Positions 43,276 to 56,294 are shown, counted from the stretch's first letter. The stretch: 64,000 nucleotides of DNA from Eledone cirrhosa (GCA_964016885.1 OZ024741.1:226052001-226116000), one strand, 5' to 3'. Translations and numbers: made by a program. Notes: a model not told the origin generated them from the letters alone.

Positions 43276-43593
43276 TGACTCAGTAGGTTTAGCAACATGA
43301 GTGGGCGCATGTGCACGAGCGAACAAGTATATATAAACCATTTGAAATGGGATGCCCCTAGATAAGATTTTGGTTTTGCTTGATTAACACATTTGATGAG
43401 CAGATTGGAGTCAGGTCTATAACACTAATCACAGGTGAGTGACCTATCTGTGAAACATTTGTAACTGAACTTCATCAGTAAAATCTGAATGTGAAACGTC
43501 GTGCTGTACTTTATATACATATATATATATATATAGACACATACACACATATATATATATATATGTACACAGACACATACACACATATATATT

Positions 43594-43706
<113 letters not shown>

Positions 43707-43713
43707 AGAGAGA

Positions 43714-43754
<41 letters not shown>

Positions 43755-43757
<3 letters not shown>

Positions 43758-44000
43758 TACAGCAGTCACAATTACAGGTACTTAAGTTTGTTGGGTTATT
43801 TACTCCAACCAATTCAGCCTGTTATATAAATAAAAATGGCTTCCAAGGATATTTTGCAAAATATAGTAGAGTTCTAAGGGTGGTAATCCCGAATGTATCA
43901 ATAAATAGGCAAATCCCTTCAACAGTCATGACAGGCTGAATGAGCTGATGTGAATAACCCACGAAACTTAATTACATGTACACGTGATCGCTGTAACTAA
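43755..44000. repeat. Old inverted repeat with decayed HHRs (43775-43821 minus; 43932-43978 plus)
   Basis: Consensus of the two arms: CAGG-CTGAAT(G)A...GAAAC-TTAA-GTA-CCTG. Confidence 0.5.
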
Positions 44001-44107
44001 TTATATTTAACTCGTACTATGGACTGAGTGCTCTTACACTTGGTTATTGGATATTTCCACCAAAATTATAAAACACCATATATATATATATATATATATA
44101 TAAATAC

Positions 44108-44405
<298 letters not shown>

Positions 44406-44453
44406 TATAGTGAGGATAATACACGAGAGAGTATGTTTTCAATTACATACCGT

Positions 44454-44940
44454 ATAAAGCCACTAGAGTGAAAAACATAAAAACTACGAAAGGTATGGGG
44501 AATACATTAAAATATAAGAGATGAATTAAAAATGCACAACACGCTCCTAGAGTTGAGGGTTGTTCTATCTACGGGGTATTAAACAACCCATTTGTAACGC
44601 CTCCCCCTATTGGAGATTTCAATTGTTGAATTTGTTTGTTAAACAATTTCTTTTTACACGATTGTATATAAAATCCCACTTATTTTTGTGCGCCCTTGTG
44701 GCAAATAAAGAAATATCTAATGTTTATTTAGAAGTGTAGGCCATATCTTCTATACACCTGCTGAATATCTCTGAGCCGTCATGCTTCTTACATTGTTTAT
44801 GACGAAACATTCTCTTTGAGTCTGTACAGGTGTTATATAGTTATATAGGTGGGTTTATACATCTTAATTTATCTCTTTAATTTTCATATATTTCCCATAC
44901 CTTTCGTAGTTTTTATGTTTTGCACTCTAGTGGCCTTATA
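44454..44940 (+). mobile_element. Inverted-repeat element (44454-44540 / 44856-44940) containing a Tx1 3'UTR fragment (44553-44712) and an HHR-like motif (44754-44833)
   Basis: ACACCTG-CTGAATA..GTCAT...ATGAC-GAAAC...GTA-CAGGTGT; GCCCTTGTGGCAAATAAAGAAAT|ATCTA. Confidence 0.65.
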
Positions 44941-45067
44941 ATCCCTGCAATTCTCATCTCTATACTGCATTTGGAAGAGCCCGGTAATATTTTCTTTGAG
45001 CTCATTAAATTGCAGGGATAAACGCGAGTCCGTTGGTTTTTTACACACACATATATATATATATATC

Positions 45068-45100
<33 letters not shown>

Positions 45101-45131
45101 GTATATATCTATCTATATATATATATCTATA

Positions 45132-45315
<184 letters not shown>

Positions 45316-45443
45316 TAGGAATGTAATAAAAATCGGTGGATCGGAAAAAGGAAAATATAGTAAGAGGGAAGTAGGGCTCAATCAGATGTGAGAGCTTATA
45401 TATTATTTAATGATCTTTGTTCCGGGTATGGACATTAATATAT

Positions 45444-45482
<39 letters not shown>

Positions 45483-45919
45483 CATGTACATATATATATA
45501 TATATATGTATATATTCATATACACCCACACACATATATATATATGTGTGTGTGTGTTTGTGTGTGTTAAGGTATGTGTAACGCAAATTAAAAGCCCGAA
45601 TAGATAAAGGAATAGCTATTTGAATCTATTTTGCTGGTTATATTTAGTCTTTTAAAGTAGATTCAGGATTATTAGGATTTAGCAAATCCACTTGGGAAAC
45701 AAATGACAAGAGAAGAAGAAAGGAAAGGATTTTTGGCATATAGAATAAAAACACATAAGTAATATATTTTCAAACAGACACCAAATAATATACGTCAGTG
45801 AGAAAGAAGACAACGTTGTGGATATATCTACGAAATTATACAATATATGAATAGAAGATAAATGAGAGAAAGGAAAAGAGGACCACCAGCGAAAGGGGAG
45901 ACAAACAAGAGATAAGGAA

Positions 45920-45988
<69 letters not shown>

Positions 45989-46104
45989 TACTTATATGAG
46001 ATAGATCTGCAGCTAAAAGAAGACGTCATATATTCACAAATACAAACACGCATATACACATAGATATATGTGTGTGCGTATGTATATTGATATATATGTA
46101 TATG

Positions 46105-46231
<127 letters not shown>

Positions 46232-46354
46232 GTATTTATATATATATTTATATATACATATAAATATATGTAAATATATGTATAAATATATGTCAATATA
46301 TGTAAATATATGTAAATATATGTATAAATATATGTATAAATATATGTAAATACG

Positions 46355-46401
<47 letters not shown>

Positions 46402-46468
46402 TTATATACGCATATATATATATTACATACACATGTGTGTATGTAATGTATATATATATACATACACA

Positions 46469-46558
<90 letters not shown>

Positions 46559-46805
46559 TGTATCTATTTGTGTGTACGTGTGTATGTTTTTGTATACACA
46601 TATGTTCCCATATATGAAAAATAAGAATTGTTTTCTAAAAGTATATTTAACTTGCTATATTTCAAATACTGCGTTTTCAGGCAAAAAATGTAAATAGGAA
46701 ATCTGACATTTAATATATATATATTTATCACATATATCATATATATACTTATGTAAATATATAAATATTTATATACATATATAGAGAGAGCGAGATAGAG
46801 AAAAG

Positions 46806-46864
<59 letters not shown>

Positions 46865-46869
<5 letters not shown>

Positions 46870-47475
46870 GGCTGCCAACACGTTTTCGAGTACGGCCACT
46901 ACTTTATATCCATGTAGGAGAACCCTTACCGATGCGCTGAACGAGTTTGACATTTTAGTCCAGCCAGCGACTTGAAAACTCTGGTACAAACACTACACTT
47001 GTGACAATTATTGACACATGGTGCTGGGCCCATGGTACCATGTGACAAAAAGTGCAGAGAGATCTCCAGATATAAAGCAATGCCTGTGCCGTGAAGCTTT
47101 TATAGTGAGCAAAGGCACTGCACAAAGCCAGTCCCACTCTCTTAACCAAGATGATATTTACCAAAAAGAAGAACAAGTCAACATCATTGGATACCATCAG
47201 GGTTGCAGGTGTTATATCAGAGTTTTCCTTCTCCTAGAATTCTGCCTTGACAAAGGCTAAGGGGTCATCTTTCCCGGTGATTTTGGATGGCCATTGACTC
47301 TTAAGAGCTCCTTTGCCCTTTGACAGGTTTTGTTTTTAGTCCTGCAGGATGTTCAAAGTCACCCTCCTCACCAACAAACCTTGGAGGGGTTGCCAGTTTA
47401 GTCGCCAACGACCCGACCATGAGAGATGTTGTACTGGGATACATGTTACCAGTAGCACCAACTGGTGACCTGACA
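46865..47475 (-). mobile_element. Non-autonomous RTE-like element, second copy
   Basis: Same 5' (TGTCAGGTCACC) and 3' (GGCAGCCGCCAT) ends as 35754-36346. Confidence 0.82.
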
Positions 47476-47757
47476 AGCGGAGGGTGGTCTTCTCAACGGG
47501 GCGCCGCTCTGCGACCTGTGGACACCGCGCGGCATCCAGCCTCACGGGAACGGGTCGCGACGACGGATCGAAGGCGAAGTGCGTCCGATGCCGGCACCCC
47601 GCGAATCGTAACGCCGGCGAGGGGGTCAGCGGTCGACCCGTTGAAATGAGAGACCGAGGCCGACGCGAACGCCGACGACGACAGCGCCTTCAAACAGCAC
47701 CGGACTGTGTCCCCTCGCGATCGCGGTGAACGGTCCTACCCGTTTAAACGGGTAGGA
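47476..47757 (-). pseudogene. Probable 28S rRNA (D2 region) fragment
   Basis: GC-rich island with TAAACGGGTAGGACCG...TTCAAC...GCACTT...CGTCGCGACCCGTTCCCGTGAGGCTGG, in the same order as metazoan 28S D2 landmarks (from recall). Confidence 0.6.
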
Positions 47758-47850
47758 TATATATATATGCATACATACATATTTCTCCCTCTTTTTCTGT
47801 CCCTCTCTCTCTCTCTCTCTCTCTCCCTATCTATATCTATATATATATAT

Positions 47851-48040
47851 ATAATTGTTTCTACTTTATGCACAAGGCCAGCAAATACTCAGTACATTAC
47901 TGGTACCTTATTTTATCGATCCCGTAAGGATGAAAGGCAAAGTTAACCTCGGCGGGATTTGAACTCAGACTGTAAAGGGACGTAAATATGCTAGAAAGCA
48001 TGGCGTCCGCCTCTCTACCGATACTGCCAATCCACCGCCC
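47851..48040 (-). mobile_element. SINE copy
   Basis: Near-consensus reverse complement. Confidence 0.92.
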
Positions 48041-48454
48041 TCATACATATATATGTATATAATGTAGGTAGTACGGTGAAATACTGGTGATCGGTATCGA
48101 AGTCGGGTCCATAACTTCTATGAGTCACCTTGAGCCAATCCTCTGCGAAACGCGCATAACAGGTCGATTGGCAATAAATATTTTTCATATTTTTCATATG
48201 TAAATGAAACTTCCAGGTTTTTTTTCTATGACACACACACACACACACTCTCTCTCACACACACACATACACACACTTACACACACACACATACACACAC
48301 ATATATATATATATACACATAATATAATTTCAATCTTTGTTTCAATGAGGCTATGATGTCTCAGAAAGGCGAGCTGTATCTTGGCTGACGTTTTTCAGAG
48401 AAATGGTTCTTGTTATCTAAATTCTCTAATATGTATATTTTTCTGTTTGAGTGT

Positions 48455-48648
48455 GTATATATGGAATCCTCAAGAATCTGGTGGACCTGATATCACTGCT
48501 CTACACTAACACCAAAGCCCAAGTCATTACATCTGATGGGATGACAGAGTTCTTTGAGATACTGGCTGGAGTGCTCCAGGGTGATACATTAGCTCCCTAC
48601 CTTTTTATCATCGCAGTGGACTATTGCATGTGCCTTCCGTTGGAGAAT

Positions 48649-48650
<2 letters not shown>
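48455..48650 (+). mobile_element. RTE-group LINE RT fragment
   Basis: YGI...LYTNTKAQV...GVLQGDTLAPYLFIIAVDY. Confidence 0.8.
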
Positions 48651-48686
<36 letters not shown>

Positions 48687-48783
48687 GAACGATCGACTTT
48701 CGTCAAATCGGACCGAGGGACAATGTTTCCGTTGGTCTTTCCAATTGCTAATACTATCTATCGGTCGCAACTCCAGGTAGAAG

Positions 48784-48898
48784 GAGCAACGTGAAATAAA
48801 GTGTCTTGCTCAAGGACATAACGCATCACCTGGTCCAGGAATCGAACTCACAACCTTACGATTGCGAATCCAATTCTCTAACCACTCAGCCACACGCC

Positions 48899-48901
<3 letters not shown>
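48784..48901 (-). mobile_element. tRNA-derived CORE-like SINE 5' part
   Basis: GGCGTGTGGCTGAGTGGTTAG...GAGTTCGATTCC...TCCTTGAGCAAGACAC. Confidence 0.75.
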
Positions 48902-48940
<39 letters not shown>

Positions 48941-48942
<2 letters not shown>

Positions 48943-49129
48943 AACCAGTAAGAGCCCGACAGCTGAGCTCAAGCCGTTTCGACGGCTAATTCTGGACTGA
49001 ATTAGCCGTCGAAACGGCTTGAGCTCAGCTGTCGGGGTCTTACTGGTTCCTATTACCCACTCTACTACCTCAAGTATTGAGTACTTTGGTGCGTTATGGT
49101 CCACCTGGTTCCTTACCACATTTCCTTCG

Positions 49130-49131
<2 letters not shown>
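48941..49131. mobile_element. Family B fold-back element
   Basis: Palindrome 48941-49050 centred at ~48995; GAAAC-GGCTTGAGCTCAGCT-GTC-GGGGTC. Confidence 0.85.
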
Positions 49132-49174
<43 letters not shown>

Positions 49175-49598
49175 GTTAATTTGTATTCCAATGTTACTAA
49201 GTAGTTGCATTGGATGGAGTCAACTGACGTCAGAGATTGCTCAACGTATAATAAAGTGTGTTTTAAAATCCGGAGAAAATATGGAGAAAAAATTTACGAA
49301 ATGGAAATGCGGGTATATAGAATTTATTAGGTAACAATTGTTTCTATAGTGTATGAGTTACCTATACTACGCTATTTGAATAATACACAAATATTATCAA
49401 AAACCGAAAGTACACTGTAAGCCAACACACCATGTCATCAGACCTTTGTATTAGAATGATATGAAAATATTTTATACACTAGATAAAAGATAAAGAAGGA
49501 GGTAGGAAGAGAAGGGGAAGAGGGAAGTGAGTAAGGTGGAGGGAGTCTTAGGGTTTAAGACTGTCAGACTAGTAGAGATTGTGAAGAGAGAATGTTTT

Positions 49599-49635
<37 letters not shown>

Positions 49636-49824
49636 TGGTATATGGATGTATATATACATATATGTGTATGTGTGTATATATATGTATATGTAAATATATA
49701 AATATATATATATATATATGTATATGTGTGTGTGTGTGTGCGTGCATATATATATATATATATATATATAGATAGATATAGATAGGTAAATATACACGGG
49801 TGTGTATGATTGTGTATAGAAGAT

Positions 49825-50066
49825 TATATTAATAAGAGGAATTCCAACTTTGTCTGATTTACTCGTTTTATTTACAATCCTTTAAAATATATATAATATG
49901 GTATTATAATGAAATAGTATGATAGAATATTAAATTCTAAGTGTTCAATTAACACTTAGAATTTAATATTCTATCATACTATTTCATTATAATACCATAT
50001 TATATATATTTTAAAGGATTGTAAATAAAACGAGTAAATCAGACAAAGTTGGAATTCCTCTTATTA

Positions 50067-50071
<5 letters not shown>
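49825..50071. repeat. Perfect ~121-bp-arm inverted repeat, 5-nt spacer
   Basis: ...AAGTGTT-caatt-AACACTT...; abuts (TA)n; no HHR core seen. Confidence 0.93.
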
Positions 50072-50106
<35 letters not shown>

Positions 50107-50434
50107 TTATGTGTATTTATATATATATGCAAATGTAAATATCGTTTTACTTTAATCCATATACGCATGCGTATTAAATTTTGATATGTAATTAAATTAC
50201 TTACCGCATTTCGGAAATACCAGGAAATAATCTGAACTTACCTGGAATTAAAAAGAAAAAACAATAAATATTTTTAATTTCATAATTATTACTCACTTCA
50301 CACAATTCGATTTTATAAATCGATAAAGTACCTATGCAATTAGGTAAGGGCTTGACGGTATTGTAAGTATTTACCATTAGATTCATGTTTTATCTGTCCT
50401 GGTACTCTGATTCTGCGTTTAAATTCCTCTGCAG

Positions 50435-50605
50435 CACTTGAATTATAGTCGATATGCTGACCCTTTCTCTAAACATCCCAATCTGGACCTTGGTTGCAAG
50501 CATCTAGATCAGGACACCGATTTCATTATACATTCCTCTACAGATTCTACAAGTCCTAAGACTTTTGATAAACATCATGAGGACCCACTTTCCTTCCATG
50601 ACTAA
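50435..50605 (+). other. Candidate terminal host exon
   Basis: TTCCTCTGCAG| then 56 open codons (HLNYSRYADPF...LSFHD) to TAA. Confidence 0.28.
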
Positions 50606-50821
50606 ACGGCTAAAAACTTAATAATGTATTATGATGTAGCTCAAATATAACATTGAATTCATAAAGAGTTTCTACATGGTTGTTGGGACGAATAATGAAG
50701 CTGTCAGATCTTCCTTGGCGTGGGCTTGTGTTAGCATTTTTAATATGTGGCCAAAATTAACTATGAAAACCTGACCCGCCTCTGAAACCGGAAATACAAC
50801 ATTTGGTGCTTTACAACTAAT

Positions 50822-50883
<62 letters not shown>

Positions 50884-51074
50884 TAAACGGAAAAGAAAAT
50901 GCTGACAAATTGTTCACAATGAAAAATAGTTTAATTAGGAATAAGTGAGAATTAGTAATAGTATTGGTTAGTATTCAGTTTTGGTTTTAAATTTTACCGG
51001 TTGCGCATTTCTAATGCTTTTCAAAAATAATTTTGAGATAGAGCGTCCGTGATGTTTGCTCTAATCTATTCTTT

Positions 51075-51110
<36 letters not shown>

Positions 51111-51680
51111 TATTGGTGCTCCGAAATGGCGATGTATATATATATAGTGTATTTGGTAATATGTCGAAAATCTTACGCTTTTGTTTTAAAGTAGTGACTA
51201 TGACACTTACTTCTTTTTTCAACAAACAAAGGGGGATAAGCTGACAGATCTCTGTTTCATACTGTTGGTATTCCTCAGAGCTTAGCACTCTTTTTGTTTG
51301 TTGAAAATTATGAATGTTGGATTCTTATAGAATTCCAGTAATAATCAGGAACTGATTATACAGAGCGGTTGCCGGTCCAGCAAAAATTGAAAATTAGAAT
51401 TGGTGCTCTGAAATAGCGATGTATATATGAATGTATATATAGTCTATTTGGTAATACACTGTATGCTTAATTAAAAGCATTTACTTTGAAACAATAGCGT
51501 AAAGTCTTCAAAATGCGTTTAATGAAGCATACAGCGCATTACCAAATACACTATATATATCTGTCAGCTTATCTCCCTTTGTTGAAAAAAGAATTAAGTG
51601 ACATAGTCACTACTTTAAAACAATAGCGTAAGGTCTTCAAAATGCTTTTATTTAAGCACTATATATACATTCATATATAT
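51111..51680 (-). mobile_element. Family C retrozyme-like element, second locus
   Basis: Unit start TGGTGCT at 51114 and 51401; inverted pieces to 51680; same two termini as the 25241-25900 locus. Confidence 0.8.
51237..51284 (-). ncRNA. Canonical-core type-I hammerhead ribozyme
   Basis: TAAGCT-CTGAGGA-ATAC-caaca-GTAT-GAAA-CAGA-ga-TCTG-TC-AGCTTA. Confidence 0.85.
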
Positions 51681-51997
51681 ATTAACCGTTTATCAGGTTA
51701 AGAATCATATTGAATCTATGGTAATGTATAAGTGCGGACTACGAAATGTGTTCCAAATAGTTCGTCGTATGAAGCAGTGCAGATGGAAAGATTGTGTACA
51801 GCATCACCCCTGGAACTTGAACTCACACCCAGCGAATTCAGTTCGGCTGTGTTACCGTTACATCAAATCGAAGCAGGACGAAATTGTTAGGTTATAGAAG
51901 CCAAATAATAGACACACACATACACACACACATACACACACACACACGCACGCACGCACACACACACACACACACGCACACACACACACACATTAAC

Positions 51998-52028
<31 letters not shown>

Positions 52029-52036
52029 CATATATA

Positions 52037-53110
52037 TCACCTTGATCACCTTGACCGACCATTCTCTCGGGCGTCCATTAGGCGCCGCTGGTCACAGCAC
52101 GCCGTCCATTCCTCTCTGGATCGTGCTTTCCTCATCCATGTAGTCCCAATCGTATTCCTAAAATCGTAACTCCTCCTTCGTGGAGACCTTCCGAGTGGTC
52201 GTTTCCGCTCGCGCGGGTACCACTCGGTAACTGCGCGGGTCCACCGATTATCAGTTAACCGGACCACGTGTCCAACCCATCTGAACTTGATGCGCATATA
52301 TTCCGTGATGACGTCCCTCACGCCAGACTTCTGTCTGATGACTTCGCTCCTGGTGTGCTCTCTCAACGAGATTCCTAGCATTGATCTCTCCATGGCTCTT
52401 TGAGCCGTTACCAGCCTCTGCTCTTCTCTCTTCGTTGTAGCCCAAGTTTCACTGCCATATAACATTGAAGGTAAAACTGTGATATTGAAGAGGTTGGTGC
52501 GGGTGGTCTTGTCCAACCTCCGCTTGAGCACATCCCTTATGTCGTTGAATGCCTTCCATCCGGCCCTTACTATCCGGGACATCTCCCTCTCAATGTCTCG
52601 GCGCATGTTCACTTCTTTTCCTAGGTAGACGTATTCCTCCACCTCCTCTATTTCATCACCGCCAACCCCCATTCGACCTGTTGGTATGTTGTCGGACCGC
52701 ATGAACTTCGTTTTCATGCGGTTCATCTTGAGGCCTAGTGCAGAGCTTTTGATGTCGAGCTCCATCAGCATGGTCTGAAGCTGATCCGTGGTTTCAGCGA
52801 TCAGTAGGATGTCATCAGCGAAACGGAGGTGGGTAAGTATCTCGCCGTTGATGTTGACACCGCCTTGCCAGTCAATGCCTCTGTGAATCTGCTCGAGACA
52901 CGGGATGAAAAATTTTGAAGAGATCATATCTCCTTGCTTCACTCCCTTCTCGACCGGCACTCGTACGGGTGATGACAGCAGAGCTATATCGGTGGTGCAT
53001 CCGGAACTCACCTCCCTCACCAGCTGAACGTTTTGCGCCTCGACTCTTTGCCTCTGCAGCGAGTTCAGCATTCCGTTGATTTCGACGCTGTCGAAGGCCT
53101 TCTCGTACGA
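52037..53110 (-). mobile_element. RTE-clade LINE, 5'-truncated; RT open to the stop codon
   Basis: YEKAFDSV, KGVKQGD, LRFADD, YVYLG, LYGSETW, WVGHV; short tandem tail (TCAAGGTGA)x2. Confidence 0.92.
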
Positions 53111-53195
<85 letters not shown>

Positions 53196-53752
53196 TATAA
53201 AGAGAGAGAATGAGAGACGGAGAGAGATGGGGGAGAGACATTGGGGTATATATGCATATATTATTAGGCTTTCATAGCTTGTGGCAAGAAAATAATGAAA
53301 TGAATATATTCTTTGGCTGCTTGAAATACATGCATCACGGCCATCTTTCTGAAACATGTAATAACTCCCTTACCCCATATATATATACATACATGCATTT
53401 ATATAGATATATATAAATATATATGTATATATATATATATTTGTTTATATATGTATATATATATATATATATATACATTATGTCAACACCATAACATTGC
53501 TAACCATCCAAACAGACACATACACACACACATAACACCCATACACACACATATAAACCCCCCCCCACATACACACACCTCCCTCCCCCATTTCTAATAA
53601 TAGAATCACTTTCCTACACACACACACACAAAATATATATATTCTCTCCATCTTAACATACGCCCACACACATAACACTCATAAACACACACACACAACT
53701 CCCTCCCCCATTTCTACTAATAGAATCATCTTCCTATACACACACACACACA

Positions 53753-54112
53753 TTATAACCAATCAGATTACATTTTTTTAGAAAAAGCCTTCGTGAGCCC
53801 CTTTTTTTAAGTACAAAACAATTTCCGAAATACGGGCGCGAAATTTAATGAATTTGTTCACGTGACAGCCCTAATTTCATTTATAACCAATCAGATTACA
53901 TTTTTTAAAAAAAAGCCTTCGTGAGCCCCTTTTTTTAAGTAAAAAGTAATTCAAACACTCATATATGAAAAACAACCTGAGCACACCCCCCCCCTCTTGT
54001 TTGAAAAACTTTGTAACGCGAACTGGCGCGAAATTTATTGTACTTATTGACCAACCAATCAAATTACTTCTCTAAAAACCTGGCGTTTCGAGCCACATTT
54101 TTCCATATAAAA
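53753..54112 (+). promoter_or_regulatory. Promoter-like cluster: 3 CCAAT boxes, 2 E2F-type GGCGCGAAA, E-box, TATA
   Basis: CCAAT at 53759, 53887, 54055; GGCGCGAAA at 53835, 54025; CACGTG at 53859; TATAAAA at 54106; partly within tandem duplications. Confidence 0.35.
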
Positions 54113-54436
54113 CAAGTAACATTCAAAGACCAACCAGATGTGAGAAAAACCACAGACCCTACATCTCAACTCTACTTTTGAAAAGCAAAAGAACTGCGAA
54201 ACCGGTAAAGGAACCAAATAAATATATATATTTTTTTAAAATAAGACTCCAGTTGCATTTTCGATTTCATCTTTTTTTCTTTATACTTTCACTCGTGTAG
54301 GACACCTCCGTTATTTTCATTTTGAAAAAAAAACCTCACTTTCTAATATATATATACATATATATTTATTTGTTTATATATAAAAATGTGTGTGTAGTAT
54401 ATATATGTACACACACATATATATATATATATGTAA

Positions 54437-54490
<54 letters not shown>

Positions 54491-55028
54491 GTGGGTGTAA
54501 TATATATATATATGTGTGTGTGTGTGTTTGCGTGTGTTTGCGTGTGTTTAAATATATATATATCTATTTATATATAAAAATGTGTCTGTATATATATATA
54601 TATATATATAAATCTACAATGCGCTGGGGTACCACAAACATTAATATTTGTTAATATTGCGGGTTATGTAGTCACTGCATTTGTATGCTGTTCAAAGCAA
54701 TGTAGGGAAAAACAATGTAACAATAAGAAAATGATGATGAGATATTGTTACCTCGTCATTTACATCTTGCTGTATTCCCTACAAAATATATTCTCACCCG
54801 CAACAGCTAAAGCATCCATAGTACAACAAAAACAGTGTCGCTTGAGATTTATCAACCCATTACACATACGAACGTACATAAACACACAGGCACTGACACA
54901 CACATATCTATAGATACATTGTTTTTCGCACATATCTATTATGACTGCAAAACCCATAATATACATACATACATACATACATACATACATACATACATAC
55001 ATACATACATACATACATACATACATAC

Positions 55029-55902
55029 CAGAGAAATCGGAAGATCCTATTCAATGTTCAAACAAGAAAAAAAAATTGACCAATTTACAGAGAAAGTTGT
55101 GCATGGATACTTGAGGCGTAAAACACAGACCATAGAGGGGATAAACCACTCAAAAAGCCTGGCATGGAGTTCCGACGAGTTTATGACATCACACCTTGAG
55201 GGATATCTCTATGCAATACAGGAACAAGAACTCCCTACCAAATATCTGCTGCACAAAAGAGGAGGGCCAGCAGCTGACAATAAATGTAGGCTATGTAAAA
55301 CAAAGATCGAGGATGTAAGCCACATTGTTGCCAGCTGCGAAAGAATGTCATCTCGCTACTACCTCCCCATGAGACACGATGGGATAGCTAGAACTATCTG
55401 GAACGCACTTCGGAAAACAAAATTAACAACAAACGAGGAAGAATATATTGAGACAGATGGCACTAAGGAATACTGGTGGAACCTGAAAATAAAAACTGCC
55501 ACCAAATTAAAGCACAACCGGCCTGATATTGTAGTTTGGGACCACACATTGAAAACGTGTTCTGTTGTGGAGATCAGCTGCCCACTTGATGTAAACATTG
55601 TCAGAAAAATACAGGAGAAGGAGGACATCTACGGACCATTGATGAGGAGCTTACAAATCCAGTATCCAAGATACACCTTTAGCTTCATACCCATCATTAT
55701 TGGTGCTACGGGTTATATACCAACCCGCTTGGACCAAAGTATGACCGAACTTGGATTTGCGGACAAAAAGCGCAGCTCCCTAATTCATAGTCTACAAATG
55801 GCTGCGATAGCTGGCACCTTCAAAATATGCAAAACATTCTTGCGATTCAAGGGATGACAATTTCTTTTCTTTTACAACCTCGAAATTAAGAGAAAGAGAA
55901 AA
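55029..55902 (+). mobile_element. R4/Dong-like RLE non-LTR retrotransposon 3' fragment in (CATA)n
   Basis: AIQEQ, CRLC....EDVSHIVASC, RHD, HNRPDIVVWD, VVEISCP, K..IY; open to stop 55857. Confidence 0.9.
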
Positions 55903-56103
55903 CATACATACATTCATACATGCATACATGCATTCATTCATACATACATACAAGCGTAAATACATACATTCATTCATACACACATACATACATTCATTCA
56001 TACATAGATACATACATACATAAATAAATATATACATATATACATGCATATATACATATATACATGCATACATACATATATACATACATGCATATATACA
56101 TAC

Positions 56104-56216
56104 ATGGTGGCTGCCAACACGTTTTCGAGTACGGCCACTACTTTATATCCATGTAGGAGAACCCCTACCGATGCGCTGAACGAGTGTGACTTATTAGTCC
56201 ACCAAGCGACTTGAAA
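56104..56216 (-). mobile_element. 5'-truncated third copy of the non-autonomous RTE-like element
   Basis: Same 3' end as 35754 and 46865. Confidence 0.8.
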
Positions 56217-56294
56217 TACATACATGCATACATACATACATACATACATACATACATACATACATGTAAACATTTATACATATATTACATACAT

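Noticed and set aside
43393-43467. HHR-like TTGATGA-GCAGAT..ATCTGT-GAAAC-ATTT-GTA
   Set aside because: Stem I does not pair and U3-G8 is uncompensated; at best a dead relic.
47320-47729. Overlapping Arg/Ala-rich ORFs in the GC island
   Set aside because: Expected from high GC; better explained as an rRNA-like fragment.
54835-55028. N-terminal extension of the 340-aa ORF (and of the 403-aa ORF, 53111-53257)
   Set aside because: Read-through of flanking microsatellite; homology starts only at the truncation point.
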